From: Camelus ferus
Lineage: Eukaryota
Direction of reading: 5' to 3'
Length of the DNA: 64,000 bases
Assembly (NCBI RefSeq): GCF_009834535.1
Contig: NC_045696.1
Location: forward strand, 41,976,001 to 42,040,000
The notes under the pieces were generated by a model, which was not told where the DNA came from, did no database searches, and was given only the letters and a program-made list of their open reading frames with translations. This document shows, piece by piece, positions 1 to 13,622 of the stretch. Numbering within the stretch: the stretch's first letter is position 1; every line of letters starts with the position of its first letter. The translations under genes and the position numbers were made by a program.

Positions 1-1966
1 TTTGTATCTAGCACTATTGTTCTCACTCAGTTCCGTGGCATTTTGAGATACCCAGTGTTATTCTCTGCTCTCCTTGCAAGTAGACTTCTTGTTATAATGC
101 CTAGGTTTTATATTTGTAGGAAAAAAATCAGAAATCTGTTACAGATTTCTTTTTTCAGTTTGAAATCTTTCGTTTTAAAGATTTCATTTTAAATTGTTTT
201 CCCATGCCCGATGGGAACATGATTTCTGTTTATGGCTCGTCTTTAATTATTACTTTTAGAAACTGGCTTTATCCTTAAATTTGTGATTTTTATTTCCTGG
301 TGAAGATGAAGGAGAAAAACAAAACCTGCCCAGAGGTGACAAGTACCTGCATTTTAGTATATGTCTTTTCAAAGATAGGTCTGTCTAGTACACGGCAGGT
401 CATATAGTTGGGTCTTTCTAATCTCAGTGTTCTACTAGTTTGTAGCAGGAAGTCAGATCTTTTCCGAGACATGACCCTCTGTAACAATTTTCAGTAGAAG
501 TCCCTGACTGTGAGGGGCTTCTTGCATATTTGCATTCGTGCTATAGCCCTATCATTCCTGTAGCTGTGGGGTCTGCTGCCCTGCCATCCATCTGCACCAC
601 TGCCCGTTGCTCTGCTGCTGCTGACCGGCTCTGCCCACGCTGATGTCTTCTGAATTGCTGGCCTTCACACAGTACGTAGACCATGCCTACCATGGTAGCA
701 ACCGAATTCCTGTGGAGTTTCATCTTCGGTCTTCTCTCTCTGGCCATCAGGGAAACCTGTGGTTCTTGTGGCCAACTCCTTGAGAAAGGTTTCTACAGAG
801 GAACAGCTGGGGACTTGGTGGCAGAATTATTTCCTCTATTTCACAACCATTCCCTTCCTAGAATTTACAGGCACTTCAGGGTGGGTAGGTACCTGGGTGT
901 TGGAGAAGGGCAGCGTTGGGGGGCCATGAGATGGTTGAGTGCAGTCTGTCACACTACCTGGCAGTCCCTGTGGAGGTGACCAGGAGTGGGGGAGGTATTC
1001 CTCTTTAATTTAGGAGGGAAATGCCTCTTGCCTCATAGGAGTGTGAGCTTTGCACTTAGTACAGCACCTGGTATAGAGGAGGCCTCCATAATTACTGGTT
1101 GTGTGGATTGTTGAATCAGCATATATCATGTAAAGAGCTAGGTACTGAGAGGGGATTAAAAAGTATGATATATTATTACAATTAAGTTGCTTTTCTCAGA
1201 TCTATAGTTTCTGTTGTTGTTTTTTTTTTAATATAGTCTTAATTGGTATAGTATAGTTGTAGAGACAAGAAATACCCACAAATGTAAAGATCAGCTGAGA
1301 AGAGGAAAAAGTGAGTGCTGTGGGGATTCTGAGGGTGGAAAGCGTGTTGAAATTGCTTAGCCTTGTCCCCCTTATGAAGCTGGGGTGAGGAAGGATCGTC
1401 AGTGGTCCTTGTGGTATGGGACGTGGGGCCTGGGGATGGATTAGACCAGAAGAGCAGAGGAGTGAGGGAACAGGGGGCTTGCGGGACCCAACCCAAAACT
1501 GCAGGGAGGGCTGGTGCAGCTGAGGTGTTCTGAGATCCTCTGCACCATGGTTATGCACCCTTTTCACCATGACCTCTCCACCCTGTCCTCCACGGAAGCC
1601 TGGAGTTGGGTTTGAGTAGATTGTCCAGGTATGGAAGAGATGTTACTGTGCTCTGGCTCTTTGCTTTCTCTTCGTGACTTTGAGCTTTGATAAGGTTAAC
1701 AAAAAGGAAATGTGATGTCTTTCCTTTTACTCCACCCTAGGCTATTGTAATTGGTGATCTGTTTTCTCATCTCCCCTTTTTGAAGGAGTCCTTTGGAGAA
1801 AAATGTACTGCTTAAATCAACCCCAGCTGTTCTTCTATGCAAAGAACTCTTACGGATACTAGCCAAAAAAAAAAAGCGAATTAAACTGAAAGCTCATCTG
1901 CAGCTCCGAAAAACAAAGACATGGAGTTTTGAGGAGTGAAGGGAGCATGGTGTCGGCCATGGGTGA

Positions 1967-2101
<135 letters not shown>

Positions 2102-4854
2102 TGACTAAGGGAACCAAATCTAGGGATTTGGGGCTAACTAGCCAAGAAAATGTTGATCATCAGGAAACTCATCCCAGTCATAGTTCTTGTTTTCTTTAAA
2201 TAAGTATTTGAGTGCCTTCAATGGTTATATACTGTGCTAGTCACCAAGGGTGCAGTGGTTTCTTCACTGTGGAGCTCATATTCCAAATGTGCATGGGAGA
2301 AAATAAGAGTAATAAGTAATCATAATCTATAATATAGTAATAGTAAGTGAGAAGTGCTGTAGCGAAAGGAAAGTGGGTTACCCTCAAGTACCTTTAGAGT
2401 GGTGAAGGAAAGCCCTTTCAAGGAGGGGACCTTTTAGCTCACTCCTAGCAGAAATTGAAGGAGTATTTCAGGGGCAGGAGTTGACGATGGGTCTGTTTTG
2501 AGGACTACTGTGTGGAACTCAGGGGCAGGGGCTGTGTCTTACTGAACCCTCACAGGTGCCTGGCACTAAGAAGGCCCTTAGTAGTAGTCCCCTTCCCCCT
2601 CTCTGCCATTCCCTGCATGAACACACACATCACCAAAAGCTAGTGAAGTAGTTTCTGTATAAAATGATGCTGCCCCTTTTATTTTGTTGGCTTGTGGTAC
2701 TTCTCAGGTTACAGGTCCAACTTCATGATGGTATTTCTTTGCTTACTGGATTTTGCAGTAGACTGATTGATTGTGTCCCCCTAAACATCCCAGCCCTGTG
2801 GGAGCTCAGGTTACTGTTCTCTTTCCTGCATTCAGGTGGTTCTTTCGCCAGCCTCTAGGAGTTTCTTTACACACACACGCTCTTTACTACTCTGCTGAAT
2901 GTTGGAGCGGAACCCTCTGTAGATCTCCTGAGTTCTCTCTGTGCTGCTCTCTCCTCCTGTTACTCTGCTCTGTGGGTTCTGGTCAGCTTGCCCTTTAAGA
3001 CTCCCAGCCCCATCTCCTCAACATAGCCAGTTCACCAGGCTCCACCTGGGTTCCCCTCCTTATGCTGCAGCCTGGAGATGCTCTTAAGGCTGTAGGCAAA
3101 GGGCATTCAATCATGGGGATACTGCCTTTATTTCCCATCTTTCAGGCATCATTTTCTTTTGTTGTCTGGTGTCCAGTGTTTCAGGTGGAAGGTAAATCTC
3201 ACTGTTTCTTTTGCAGTGAATTTGGGGGAAAGAGTAGAAAAGCTGGAGAGGAGGATTACTGGACCAAGGTGGGGAGGAGAGGATGGGATCCAGAGCACAA
3301 ATGGAGCATGTAACTGTAGGATGAGGGACATGGTACATCATGAATGTTCTTGTTATCATTTCATCATTAATTATGTTGGAGGAGCCATGCTTCTTCCTCT
3401 GACCTAAGAGGAAAGGATGTCATGATGGTTGGCAATGTAGATATATTTGATGCTGGAAGCTAAGACTCTGAGGGAGTTCCTGCCTGTGGAGGAGGTGGAA
3501 GATGAAGGGAGGGTGAAGGCCAGGAGGTCTGTACGCAGGGGCTTGAAAGAACAGGGGTGGGAGATGGCGCTGACCTTGCAGGATGGTAAGAGGGGTAATG
3601 ACTTTCGAGACCATACGTGTACGTGGCACTCACCTATGTTGGCTTAGTGAGGGTTATGTTTTGTTCACCACGTTCAACAGCCTGGGTGTAAGAACAGAGA
3701 AGATAGTTGTTAGTGTAGGATGGGTGAAGGGATAGAAAAGGGAGACAGAGAGACTTGAGAGGGTAGACCAGAGTCGTGAAGGCATGTTAGGAATTATTGT
3801 TAGGAATTCCCCTAATGGTCCTGCTTCAGTTCTTGGAAACTTCTGGACTGAATGTCAGCTAACAGCACCTCTAGTTACCTGCACAGACATAAACTGAACA
3901 ATAATGGAGAAGGGAGGTAGCAGTAATAAATGATGGAGGACAATTTTGATATAGAAAATAATAAATAAATCTTTTGGTGGTAAAATGTTTTCTCTTGTCT
4001 AAAGAGGTCATCTTGTCCAGGCTGACAATATTGTCATGATTTTTAGGTTGTTCAGTTTATTACTGTTATGATAACTGATAGAGGCTTGGGGTGAGGAGTA
4101 GGGAGTGGGAAAGGCTCTGAAACCTGGCAGTCTCCCATCCTTTACCTTTGTTTCATCCTGTGCTTCTTATCCTGACTATACTCATCTTGCAATTAGAGTA
4201 TCCAAGCATTTTCTAAAAAGCACAGGCTCAATTTTAATTAAAAATATCACATACGAAGATTAACCTTCACAGGTGGTGAGGGGAGAGAAAGCATTTTCAG
4301 ATGTGCCAAATTCAGAGTTGGTTAAGATAAACAAACAAAACAAACAATGCTAAACATGGCAAGTATTCTTTCCATTGGTAACAGGTCTCCTTCACATTTT
4401 TGTTTCCTTATCTCATGCTTTAAGTTAGTCTCCTTCATATTGTATGTATGGAGATTTTTGCAGTTTAAGAAATACTTCGTTTGTCATGACTATTAAATTT
4501 TTAGTTTTCCAACATAAAATGTGGTTAGATATTTTAATTTTTTCAGCCTCTAAAACATTAATAAATATTTTTAAATGAAATTTGAATAAATTGAAAATAA
4601 TTCATGGGGCTTTTAAAAAATACAAATCCTAAGACATCTCATCTGCCCCATCTCAAATGTATCACACAAAAATCCCCGTATTTCCTAAGATTTAGCCAAA
4701 TTCAGTTAGATGAGTAGAGGAACAAATAAAACCCATGAACAAGCAAAACCTCCCTAGTTAGATGATTGTGAATAGAACACTTACTACAGTGAATTCACAG
4801 ATTTGTGAATTTCTAAAAGTCTCTGAATGTAAAGGATTTGTTGTCATGTTGGTA

Positions 4855-5110
4855 TATATAGTAGGCTGAGTAAGCCCTCCAAAGATGTCAATGTTTCAAT
4901 TCCCAGAACCTGCAAATATGTTAACTTATCTGATAAAAGAGATTGTGCAGACAAGATTAAGTTAAGGATCTTGAGATAGGGATATTATCCAGGATGATCT
5001 GAGTGGGCCCAATGTAATCACCTGGGTCCTTATCAGAGAGTGGCAAGAAAATGGAGGTGATGTGATGATGGAAGTGGAGATAGAGTGATGCAGGTTGAAA
5101 CCATGGTGGG
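4855..5110 (+). mobile_element. MLT1-type MaLR LTR fragment
   Basis: Typical MLT1 text (gattaagttaaggatcttgagatagggatattatcc...gggcccaatgtaatcac), similar to the copy at 22571. Confidence 0.6.
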
Positions 5111-6289
5111 GGAAAACACATATGAGGAGAAGGTATATGTGTTACTATTAGCAAAAGATTGTAGGGAGAATCATCTATTATTTTTCTGGTAAGCTCTCAT
5201 TGAGCATGACCTGTATTTATTTGTCTTCTCTTTATTCATTGATATTTTAAATACATATTTTTTTCTCATTATAAAAATAATACCAGTGTATTAGGGCTTT
5301 TGGCTGCAAGTAAAGAACCTGATTCAATCTGGCTTTAGTGTTAAGGAATATTGTTCATTTAGAATAGAATAGAATAGGAGGCTGGGCATAGTTCATTTTG
5401 CTGTGTTGGGCATATTCAGGCTCTGTTTCTCTGTAAGTCTCAGCTGCGCCCTCTTTTGTGCGTTAGCTTTTATCTATGGCATCTTCTTTCTTCGTTGGAT
5501 TGTAGGTTGCTGCCATAACAACGGGTGGTTGCTTTCTTGTACATATCCAGCTTGAGAGACACATTTGTTCTGTCAAAACCTTCTCACAAGTTACTTGCAT
5601 TTTTTTATTTCAAAGTAGAAGTCAGATAGCTGTTACCAGAGTACTGATGGTGTCTGGATTTGGCTGCATGCATTTTTTGTAGTCCAGAATTGGGTCACAG
5701 GCCCATTCCTGAATCAGTCACTTGGGATTATCCTCTCATCAGTCAGGCCCACCCCTGAGCTGACAGGTCAGTAAGCTGCAGTGCTGGTTTTCAGTAGGCG
5801 AGGAGTGAAATGAATGTGGGACAGGCAATCACAATATTCACTTTAGTCCATGCCTTACAGTGACTCCAGGGGTGACCGTCGGTGTTTCCTCTTGGTTGTG
5901 AATCTAAAAAGATAGCAGACTTGAAGTTGCCCTTGTCACTGGCCTAGAATAGAGTTGTCATTTAGGAAAATTAAGCAAATTGACCCGTTTGCATTTTTTT
6001 CCAAGTAAAATTCAGGTGACTTAGCACCAAGTGTCTGATTATTCTTGGATTGGGTTGCATGGGTCAGGCTGCTGGTCTTGAATTGGTAGCTGGGTGGCCA
6101 CGAAAGGAACATGAGTGACAGTGGGAGAAGAAGAGAGGAAAAAGATAGGAAGGAGAAGGGAGTATGTTGTGAGTGCATAGTGTGGTTTGGTTCTTAATGG
6201 TTGGTCATAGCCTCACAACTGAAAAGGAGAGGGAGGCTGGAATATTTCCTAAAAGATAATCAGTAGGTAAGGGAAATTTTTCTGTTCTT

Positions 6290-8680
6290 AAAAAATTGAG
6301 ATGTAATAGACATATAATGTTGTATAAGTTTAAGGTGTACAATGTGTTGATTTGGTACATTTATATATTGAAATATGATTACCCCCATAGTGTTAGCTAA
6401 TACTTATCACATCACTTAATTATCATTTCTTTTTATGGTGAGAACAACTAAGATCTTATCTCTTAGCAACTTTGAAGTTTATTACATAAACTTACTGTAT
6501 TTATATCAACACAACAGTACAGTGTTGTTGACTATAATCACTATGCTGTGCATTAGATCTCCAGGACTATTTATCTACTAGTTGCAAGTTGTACCCTTAA
6601 ACAATATCTCGCATTCCCCAATCCCCCAGCCCCTGGCGGTCACCATTCTACTCTCTGTTTTTACAAGTTCAGCTTTTTTAGATTCCACATCTAAGTGGTA
6701 TACAGTATTTGTCTTCCCTGTCTGACTCATCTTACTTAACATAATATTCTGAAGGATAACTTTTCTGGGTAGAGTATTCTTGGTTGGCAATTTTTTTTCT
6801 TTCAACACTTGGGATATGTCATTCCACTCTCTCCTGGCTTGTAGAGTTTCTGCTTAGAAATCTACTGATAGCCTAATGGGCATTCTTTTGTAGATTACAA
6901 TCTTTTTTCCTTTGGATGCTTTTAGGATTCTCTTTATCCTTGTTTTTTTTTTTTTTTTTTTTTGACAGTTTCATTATAATGTGAATTGGAGAAGGTCTTT
7001 TTGCATAGAGATAATAGGATGATCTACTAGCTTCTTGAATTTGGTTGTCCAAGTATATCCCTAGGTTTGGAAAGTTCTCTGTTATTTCTTTAAACTCTCT
7101 GTCCCTCTTTTCCTTTCTCAAACCCTGAGTATACTAATATGTGTATGTTTGGTGGTGTCTTATGGATCATATGGGCTTTCTAAGCTCTTTTTCATTCTAT
7201 TTGTCTGTGTTATCTTCTGATTGGTTTATTTCAAAGTTCCTGTCCTCCAGCTCACTTATTCTGTCTTCCATTTGATCTCCCTTGCTGTAGATGCTCTATG
7301 TTGCATTTTTTATTTTATTCATTGAATTTTTCAGCTCTAGAATTTCATTGCCTTATTCTTTATGATTTCTGTCTCTTTGTAAATTTCTGGTTTTGTTCAT
7401 ATATTTCATTGAATTGTTTGTCCATGTTTTGTTGTAGCTTACTGAGTTTCTCAGTAATTATCTTGAATTCTTTCTCATCTGGGTCGCTAAGTTCTGTACC
7501 TTAGAGCTTGGTTATTGGAGGATTATTGTTACCTTTTGGTGATGACATGCTTCCTTGATTCTTTATGTTCCTTGTGGTTTTGTGTTGCTGCTTTCACATC
7601 TGAAGTAGCAGACACCTCTTCATATCTTACTAGGTAAACTGTTCATCAGTCCTATTATGTCTGTTTTTTCTGCCCTTGTATGGGTATACCTGCTTCATAT
7701 ATCTTTCTTTTTCTAGTGGCACAGTTCTCAAACTTTCATGTCTCCTCTGGTTTTTACACCCCAACAGGCTGGCTGCTGATAATCTTTTGTTTTCCAGAAG
7801 GTGGTACTATAGCTCAAGTTTGTGTTTCTCCCTTGCCCACAGATCCTGGTCTGTTTTTCTGATAGTGCTCTGTTTAGCAGTCTCACCTGCTGCCTCATGT
7901 GGGAGCATACACAAAGAGCTGGTTGCAGAATGGGAGGAGGTGTGGATTTAGCACTCAGGGTGTTGGGGGTGCTGGTGGGCTCTGTGGGGAGATTGTTGGG
8001 TGAGGTTCTCCCACAGGCTCATGGGTGGATTTCCTGCTAAAGTCCTGAACGCAGTTAGCAGGGACTGTGTGCCTTCAATGCCCTTTGTTATTCTTATCTG
8101 CCTCTTTCCTGGTCTCTTCCCTCCCACCAGTCTTGGAGGTCCCACTAAAGTCCTCTGGGTGCTGCTGGAGTTAAATGGGTTTCTCTGAATGGGGGTAGCT
8201 GGACACTAACTCACCACTCTCCTTTTCCCTCTTGGGAGAGGATGCTGCTGGATGATTCAGCCCTGGGCTTGTTATGTTGGGGGAGCGACAGTGCTGGCAA
8301 AGTTCCTCTTACCCTCTCCATTGCATCCAAACCTGTTTTTTGTTTTTTTTTTTCCTTTCTGGAATTTCCCTTTTGGAAGGCTAGATTTCCAAAACTTCTT
8401 TCTCGCTTGTTGGTCAGCACACTCCAGGTTTTCCCTGACTGTGGCCAAGAGGGGTTGGGGCGAGGTCACTGGCTCTGCAGTCTGCACTTACCTTTTATCT
8501 ATTAGCAGATACACATGTGGCTGAGAGTCCTCCTAGGCCCCTTGGTGCATGGTGCGGGATCCCACGGTTCCCACAGAGGCACTTCTGTTTGTGGATGGGT
8601 GCCTAATTTGTTGTTAAAAAGGGAAACAGAAAAGGAGGAGTGTCTTATGCCACGTCATGATGCTGAGGTCAGCTCTTCTA
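6290..8680 (-). mobile_element. Old, internally deleted L1 (5' region/ORF1 joined to ORF2 end/3' UTR)
   Basis: Minus-strand remnants resemble L1 ORF1 (FKEITENFPNLG, QIQEA, RPSPIHIIMKLSK, LKEKK) and join the ORF2 C-terminus (IMLSKMSQT). An L1MA-like 3' UTR runs to ~6290. Confidence 0.75.
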
Positions 8681-9178
8681 GAGGAAAATTTTCAAAGTCA
8701 TTATTACCCTTTTTAATGAACAAATACTACTATGTATTCCTTTAAAATGAGGATACCTAATCAAATTCTTTCAATTGAGAGTGTCTGGATGTAAGTATAA
8801 AATGAAAGGGATAAGATACAGAATCTAAGAAGATCATTAAAAATCTTTCTGTATTTTGGGATTATTTTTACTTTGGGATTATGTTTACCTTGTATAGGAT
8901 TTTGAAGTGGTTTGGCATAGATGGGGAGCCTGAAGCCTTGCTTAAGTGGTTTGTAATGGCTAATACTGTTTATTGAGGAGAGTGACTTTCGGTTTTGCCT
9001 TGCTGTTGTTCTCCCTTGCAATTTAACTTATTGTGTAATGTAAGATAGAGTTTCCTGGGTTAGGTACCCAAAAGCTTCTGCAACCAGTACCAATGTGTGG
9101 AGGAAGCATTTTTTTCACACCACCAGGCAATTCTTGGACACTGGCAGAGCAACCTATGATTCAACTCAGTTCTGACAC

Positions 9179-10453
9179 TGTAGCCAAGCAGGACCTTATG
9201 GGGCCTTCACGGGACAGACCCCTCCCCCTGTTACTGGAGAGTAGGTTTTTGCCTCGTAGCAGAAAGAATTCAGAGATAAGGTGCAGAGGCCAAGAAAGCA
9301 AAGCAAGGATTTATTAGTGATAGGATGCTCTCAAGGGGAGAGTGGGCAAACCCAGGTGAGCAGCTCTGCTGAGTTTCTTTGGCAAGCTGGTTACATGGGG
9401 TGTAAAAATGAATAAGTGGGATATTCACTGAGGAGAGAGGGGTTTGGGATCGTATCTTTGATTTTCATCCCAGCTCCATCTTCCTGAGGGGAAGAGGGAT
9501 TTTTGTCCTCATTTAGTCTGGATCAGAAGTGTCATGGTGTTGGTACGTGATGGGTACTTCTAACCTACGGGGCTAATTTTATTGTAATGAGGGCATAACG
9601 AACAAAAGGTTACGTTCAAACGCTAGAGATTCCCATCTTTTCCCACCCTTCTTCATCTGCCTCCAGGACACTCATCATCCCAAAATGTGTGCTTTTGTAT
9701 TAGTCTAGAGGTTCCTAGGTTTCTCTCTCTGTCCAAGGACCCCCTGTTGTTTACAGGATGTATGGTTTCCTGCCATTTGTCCTGTGGCCCTCTTTCTCTG
9801 CTCATACCTAGTTACCTGCCTGCTCTAACACCCCCGTGTCCTCTGCCTGCCTCTCATTTGTAGGAAAGCTATAGTCTCCTAAGCCTCCCCTGAGTCACGA
9901 AAGCCTGGCTCAAGAATTAATGATTGAAAGGATGTGAATGTGTAGTGAAAAAGTAGCAGTTGGGCCAGGAGAACTGGTAACAAGGGAAACAGTTAGTCAG
10001 CCATAGGGCAGTCACAGAATATTTAGTTCCTGCCTGAAGTATGTAGGTAGCAATATCTGATGCCCATTTCCTAAGTTGTTTTACAGATGCTAAAATCCCC
10101 ACCAAATGGAAGAAATTAACTACTTGATGACCATGAGCACATAGCCCCCAGATCTACTGGAGCCTGAGGATTGATAACATTAATCCCTGTGACACCACCC
10201 TGTTACCTTGCCATCAACCAGTCAGGGCACTGTGCACGAGCGGGTCACATACCCTGTGACTCCCCTCCTCACCTTGCCTTCAGAAGTGCTCTCCTGACAA
10301 GCATTCAGGAGTCTTAGTGTTTTTGAGCATTAGTTGCCCTGGACTCCTTGTTGGCACCTTACGATAAACACTGCCCTTTCCTTCCCCACAAGCCACTGAA
10401 AAGACTGGCTTTACTGTGCTCAGGCGAGTGGACCCAAGTTTGGTTTGGTAACA
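9179..10453 (+). mobile_element. ERV1-type solo LTR inserted in the MER21-like LTR
   Basis: Termini TGTAGCC...GGTAACA, with a 4-bp TSD ACAC at 9175-9178 and 10454-10457. Confidence 0.75.
9229..9830 (-). mobile_element. Innermost solo LTR
   Basis: Inverted termini TGTTA...TAACA, CCCC(C) on both flanks, and a minus-strand AATAAA at 9310-9315. Confidence 0.75.
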
Positions 10454-11323
10454 ACACTGTCTATCTGGAGACAGCGTCAGGTCCCACAGGTTAAGGCTCA
10501 GTCCTACAAGACTCCCCCAAGCCTGCCCCTGCAGATGCCAGTCGTAATTCCAGGTTGTCACCTGTGCTTCTGACTGACTGTCTATAGACCAGAGGTTCCA
10601 ATGGCTCCTGCCTTGGCTTCAGTTAATTTTCTAGAGCAGCTCACAGAAATCAGAGAAACATTTTACTTACACGATTCCTGGTTTATTTTAAAAAGCAATA
10701 AGTCTGGAACAGCCAGATGGAGGAGATGTGTAGAACAAGGTATGTGGGGAGCTTCCATGCTCTGAGTGAGCCACCCTCCTTGAATCTCCATATGTTCATC
10801 AACCTGGAAGCTCTCCAAACCCCATCCTTTTGGGTTTTTATGGAGGCTTCATTCCTTAGGCACAATTGATTAAGTCATTGGCCATTGGTGGTTGATTCAG
10901 CCTCCAGCCACTCTCCTTTTCCTGGAGGTCAGGGGTGGGACTGAAAGTTCCAACCCTCTAATCAAGGTTGGTTCCCCTGACAATCAGCCCCCATCCTCAG
11001 ATGCTTTCCAAAAGCTACCTCATTAACATAAACCCAGTTGTGGTAGAAAGGAGCTTGTTATGAATAACAAGACATCCATTTCCCCTTTAGGCTCTGAAAG
11101 TGTTTTCAGGAACTGAGAACAGAAAACCGAATGTTACAGCCAAAGATGCTCCCATTGCTCTTATCACTGAGGAAATTCAAAGGGTTTTGGGAGCTGTGAG
11201 CCAGGAACTATAGATGAAGACCAAACATACATTTCTTACAAATTACAATTTTGCAGGTACATAACTCTTTTTCCCATCCATTTGTTCATCTGTCCTTCTG
11301 TTTATTAAGAAAGTAGTGAATGA

Positions 11324-12126
11324 CACCAGTCAGAATGGCCATCATTCAAAAATCCACAAATGACAAATGCTGGAGAGGCTGTGGAGAAAGGGGAACCCTC
11401 CTACACTGCTGGTGGGAATGCAGTTTGGTGCAGCCACTATGGAAAACAATGTGGAGATTCCTCAAAAGACTAGGAATAGACTTACCATATGACCCAGGAA
11501 TCCCACTCCTGGGCTTGTATCCAGAAGGAAATCTACTTCAGGATGACACCTGCACCCCAATGTTCATAGCAGCACTATTTACAATAGCCAAAACATGGAA
11601 ACAGCCTAAATGTCCATCAACAGGTGACTGGATAAAGAAGAGGTGGTATATTTATACAATGGAATACTACTCAGCCATAAAAACTGACAACATAATGCCA
11701 TTTGCAGCAACATGGATGCTCCTGGAGAATGTCATTCTAAGTGAAGTAAGCCAGAAAGAGAAAGAAAAATACCATATGAGATCGCTCATATGTGGAATCT
11801 AAAAAACAAAAACAAAAACAAACAAACAAACAAAAACAAAGCGTAAATAAAGGACAGAAATAGACTCACAGACAGAGAATACAGACTTGTGGTTACCGGG
11901 GGGTGGAGGGTGGGAAGGGATAGACTGGGATTTCAAAATTGTAGAATAGACTACACTGTATAGCACAGGGAAATATACACAAAATGTTATGATAACTCAC
12001 AGAGAAAAAAATGTGACAGAGTGTGTATAAGTCCATGAATAACTGAAAAATTGTGCTGAACACTGGAATTTGACACAACATTGTAAAATGATTATAAATC
12101 AATAAAAAATGTTAAAAAAAAAAAAA
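11324..12126 (+). mobile_element. Young 5'-truncated L1 with a 17-bp TSD
   Basis: Uninterrupted ORF2 C-terminus ([11 protein letters not shown]...HCWWEC...SLICGI*), 3' UTR, AATAAA at 12101 and poly(A). TSD AAGAAAGTAGTGAATGA at 11307-11323 and 12127-12143. Confidence 0.95.
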
Positions 12127-12339
12127 AAGAAAGTAGTGAATGAAAAATATAAAACACTTCAAAGAATAGAGTGGCATTAAGTACCTAATTGAATTCCCTC
12201 CCCAGTCTTCACTCTTAGTGCTGTTTCTTTGATGTAATGGCCAGTTTTTAGTTATTTGGGTAGTTAGCACTGATTACACATTACATAGTTCTATCTTGAT
12301 TTGTCACCTTCACACTCTACCTCCTGACTGTTCTACACC

Positions 12340-12590
12340 AGGCAGTGAAGTGTGGGTGGTTAAGAACACAGACCTGAAGTCAGACTGCTGGGTTTCAATC
12401 TGTTTTGCTGCTTGTAACCTATGTGACCTTGAGCAAATTATTAAGCCATTCTCTGCCTCAGTTTTCTGGTCTATAAAATGGACATAATAATAGGACTTAT
12501 CTCATGGGATAATTTGAATGTTGTATTGAAAGACTTATGTAAAGTCCTTCAAAGAGTGTCCGGCACTGGGTGCTTAATAGATATGAGTTG
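12340..12590 (+). mobile_element. MIR SINE
   Basis: MIR core: tgtgaccttgagcaaattattaagccattctctgcctcagttttc...ataaaatgg. Confidence 0.7.
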
Positions 12591-12949
12591 ATAATACTGC
12601 TCCAGTTAAGGTAATGAAAAGTGAGGTCTTCTGGTAACTCACACTTTGTCACACATTTCTCCTTCCAAAATTTGTAAAATTATTTTATTTCTGCACTTTA
12701 GATACTGTATTTAGGCCTTTCCTTTTCCTAGATAGATAGTACATCTTAACACCTTCCTGTAAGTGAGGAAGAAAAAAAATGCTCCTGCGTTATTTTACAT
12801 TTGACCTCTGTTAGCTATCATATTTCTTTTGCATCATCAGGTTTTATAATCTTTAGTTTTATTGCTCTAACTGTAATTAAGTCTAACGTACACTCTATGG
12901 ATTGATTCTTTTTTATTTTAATAATCTTTTTTTCTTTGTCCATTTGGAG

Positions 12950-13505
12950 CTTTTTTTAAATTGAAGTACAGTGAGTTACAATGTGTCAATTTCTGTTGTA
13001 CAGCATATATACACATTCATATGTGTATGTCATACATATACATATATATTTATGTATTATATATATTTCAGTCATCCATATACATACATATATTCCTTTT
13101 CATGTTCTTTCTCATAGGTTACTACAAGATATTGAATATAGTTCCCTGTGCTATAAAGTATAAACTTGTTGTTTATCTATTTTATATATAGTAGTTAGTA
13201 TCTGCAAATCTCAAACTCCCAATTTATCCCTTCCCACCCCCTACCCACCCTGGAACTGTAAATTTGTTTTCTATGTCTATGAGTCTGTTTTTGTTTTGTA
13301 AATAAGTTCATTTGTGTCTTACTTTTTTTCCCCCTAGATTCCACATATAAGTGATACAATATGGTATTTTTCTTTCTCTTTCTGGCTTAGAATGATCTCC
13401 AGTTCCATCCATGTTGCTGCAAATGGTGTTATTTTATTCTTTTTTATGGTTGAGTAGTATTCCATTGTGTGTGTGTGTATATATCTCACAACTTCTTTAT
13501 CCAGT
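12950..13505 (-). mobile_element. L1 3' end
   Basis: Reverse-strand L1 3' UTR and ORF2 tail (ccatccatgttgctgcaaatgg, gagtagtattccattg). Confidence 0.8.
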
Positions 13506-13622
13506 CAAGTAATTTTTTTAAGAGAAATTTTATGTTTACAACAAAATTGAGAGGAAGTGTTCTGTGTCTGTCTCAGCCTGTCAATAACCAATGTTGTGGC
13601 TGGACCGGCCCTTGTGGTTCTT

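Larger units (their letters stand above)
9068..11255 (-). mobile_element. MER21-like LTR (outer element of a nest)
   Basis: The reverse strand from 11255 reads TGCAAAATTGTAATTTGTAAGAAATGTATGTTTGGTCTTC..., MER21-like from memory. Flanked by GGTAC at 9063-9067 and 11256-11260. Confidence 0.65.

Noticed and set aside
260..378. Possible upstream non-coding NXPE3 exon (tacttttag|AAACTG...AG|gtctgt)
   Set aside because: The splice signals are plausible, but several donors fit and I have no independent support.
11320..11802. 160-aa ORF as a host gene
   Set aside because: It is the L1 ORF2 C-terminus. Its ATG comes from the TSD junction.
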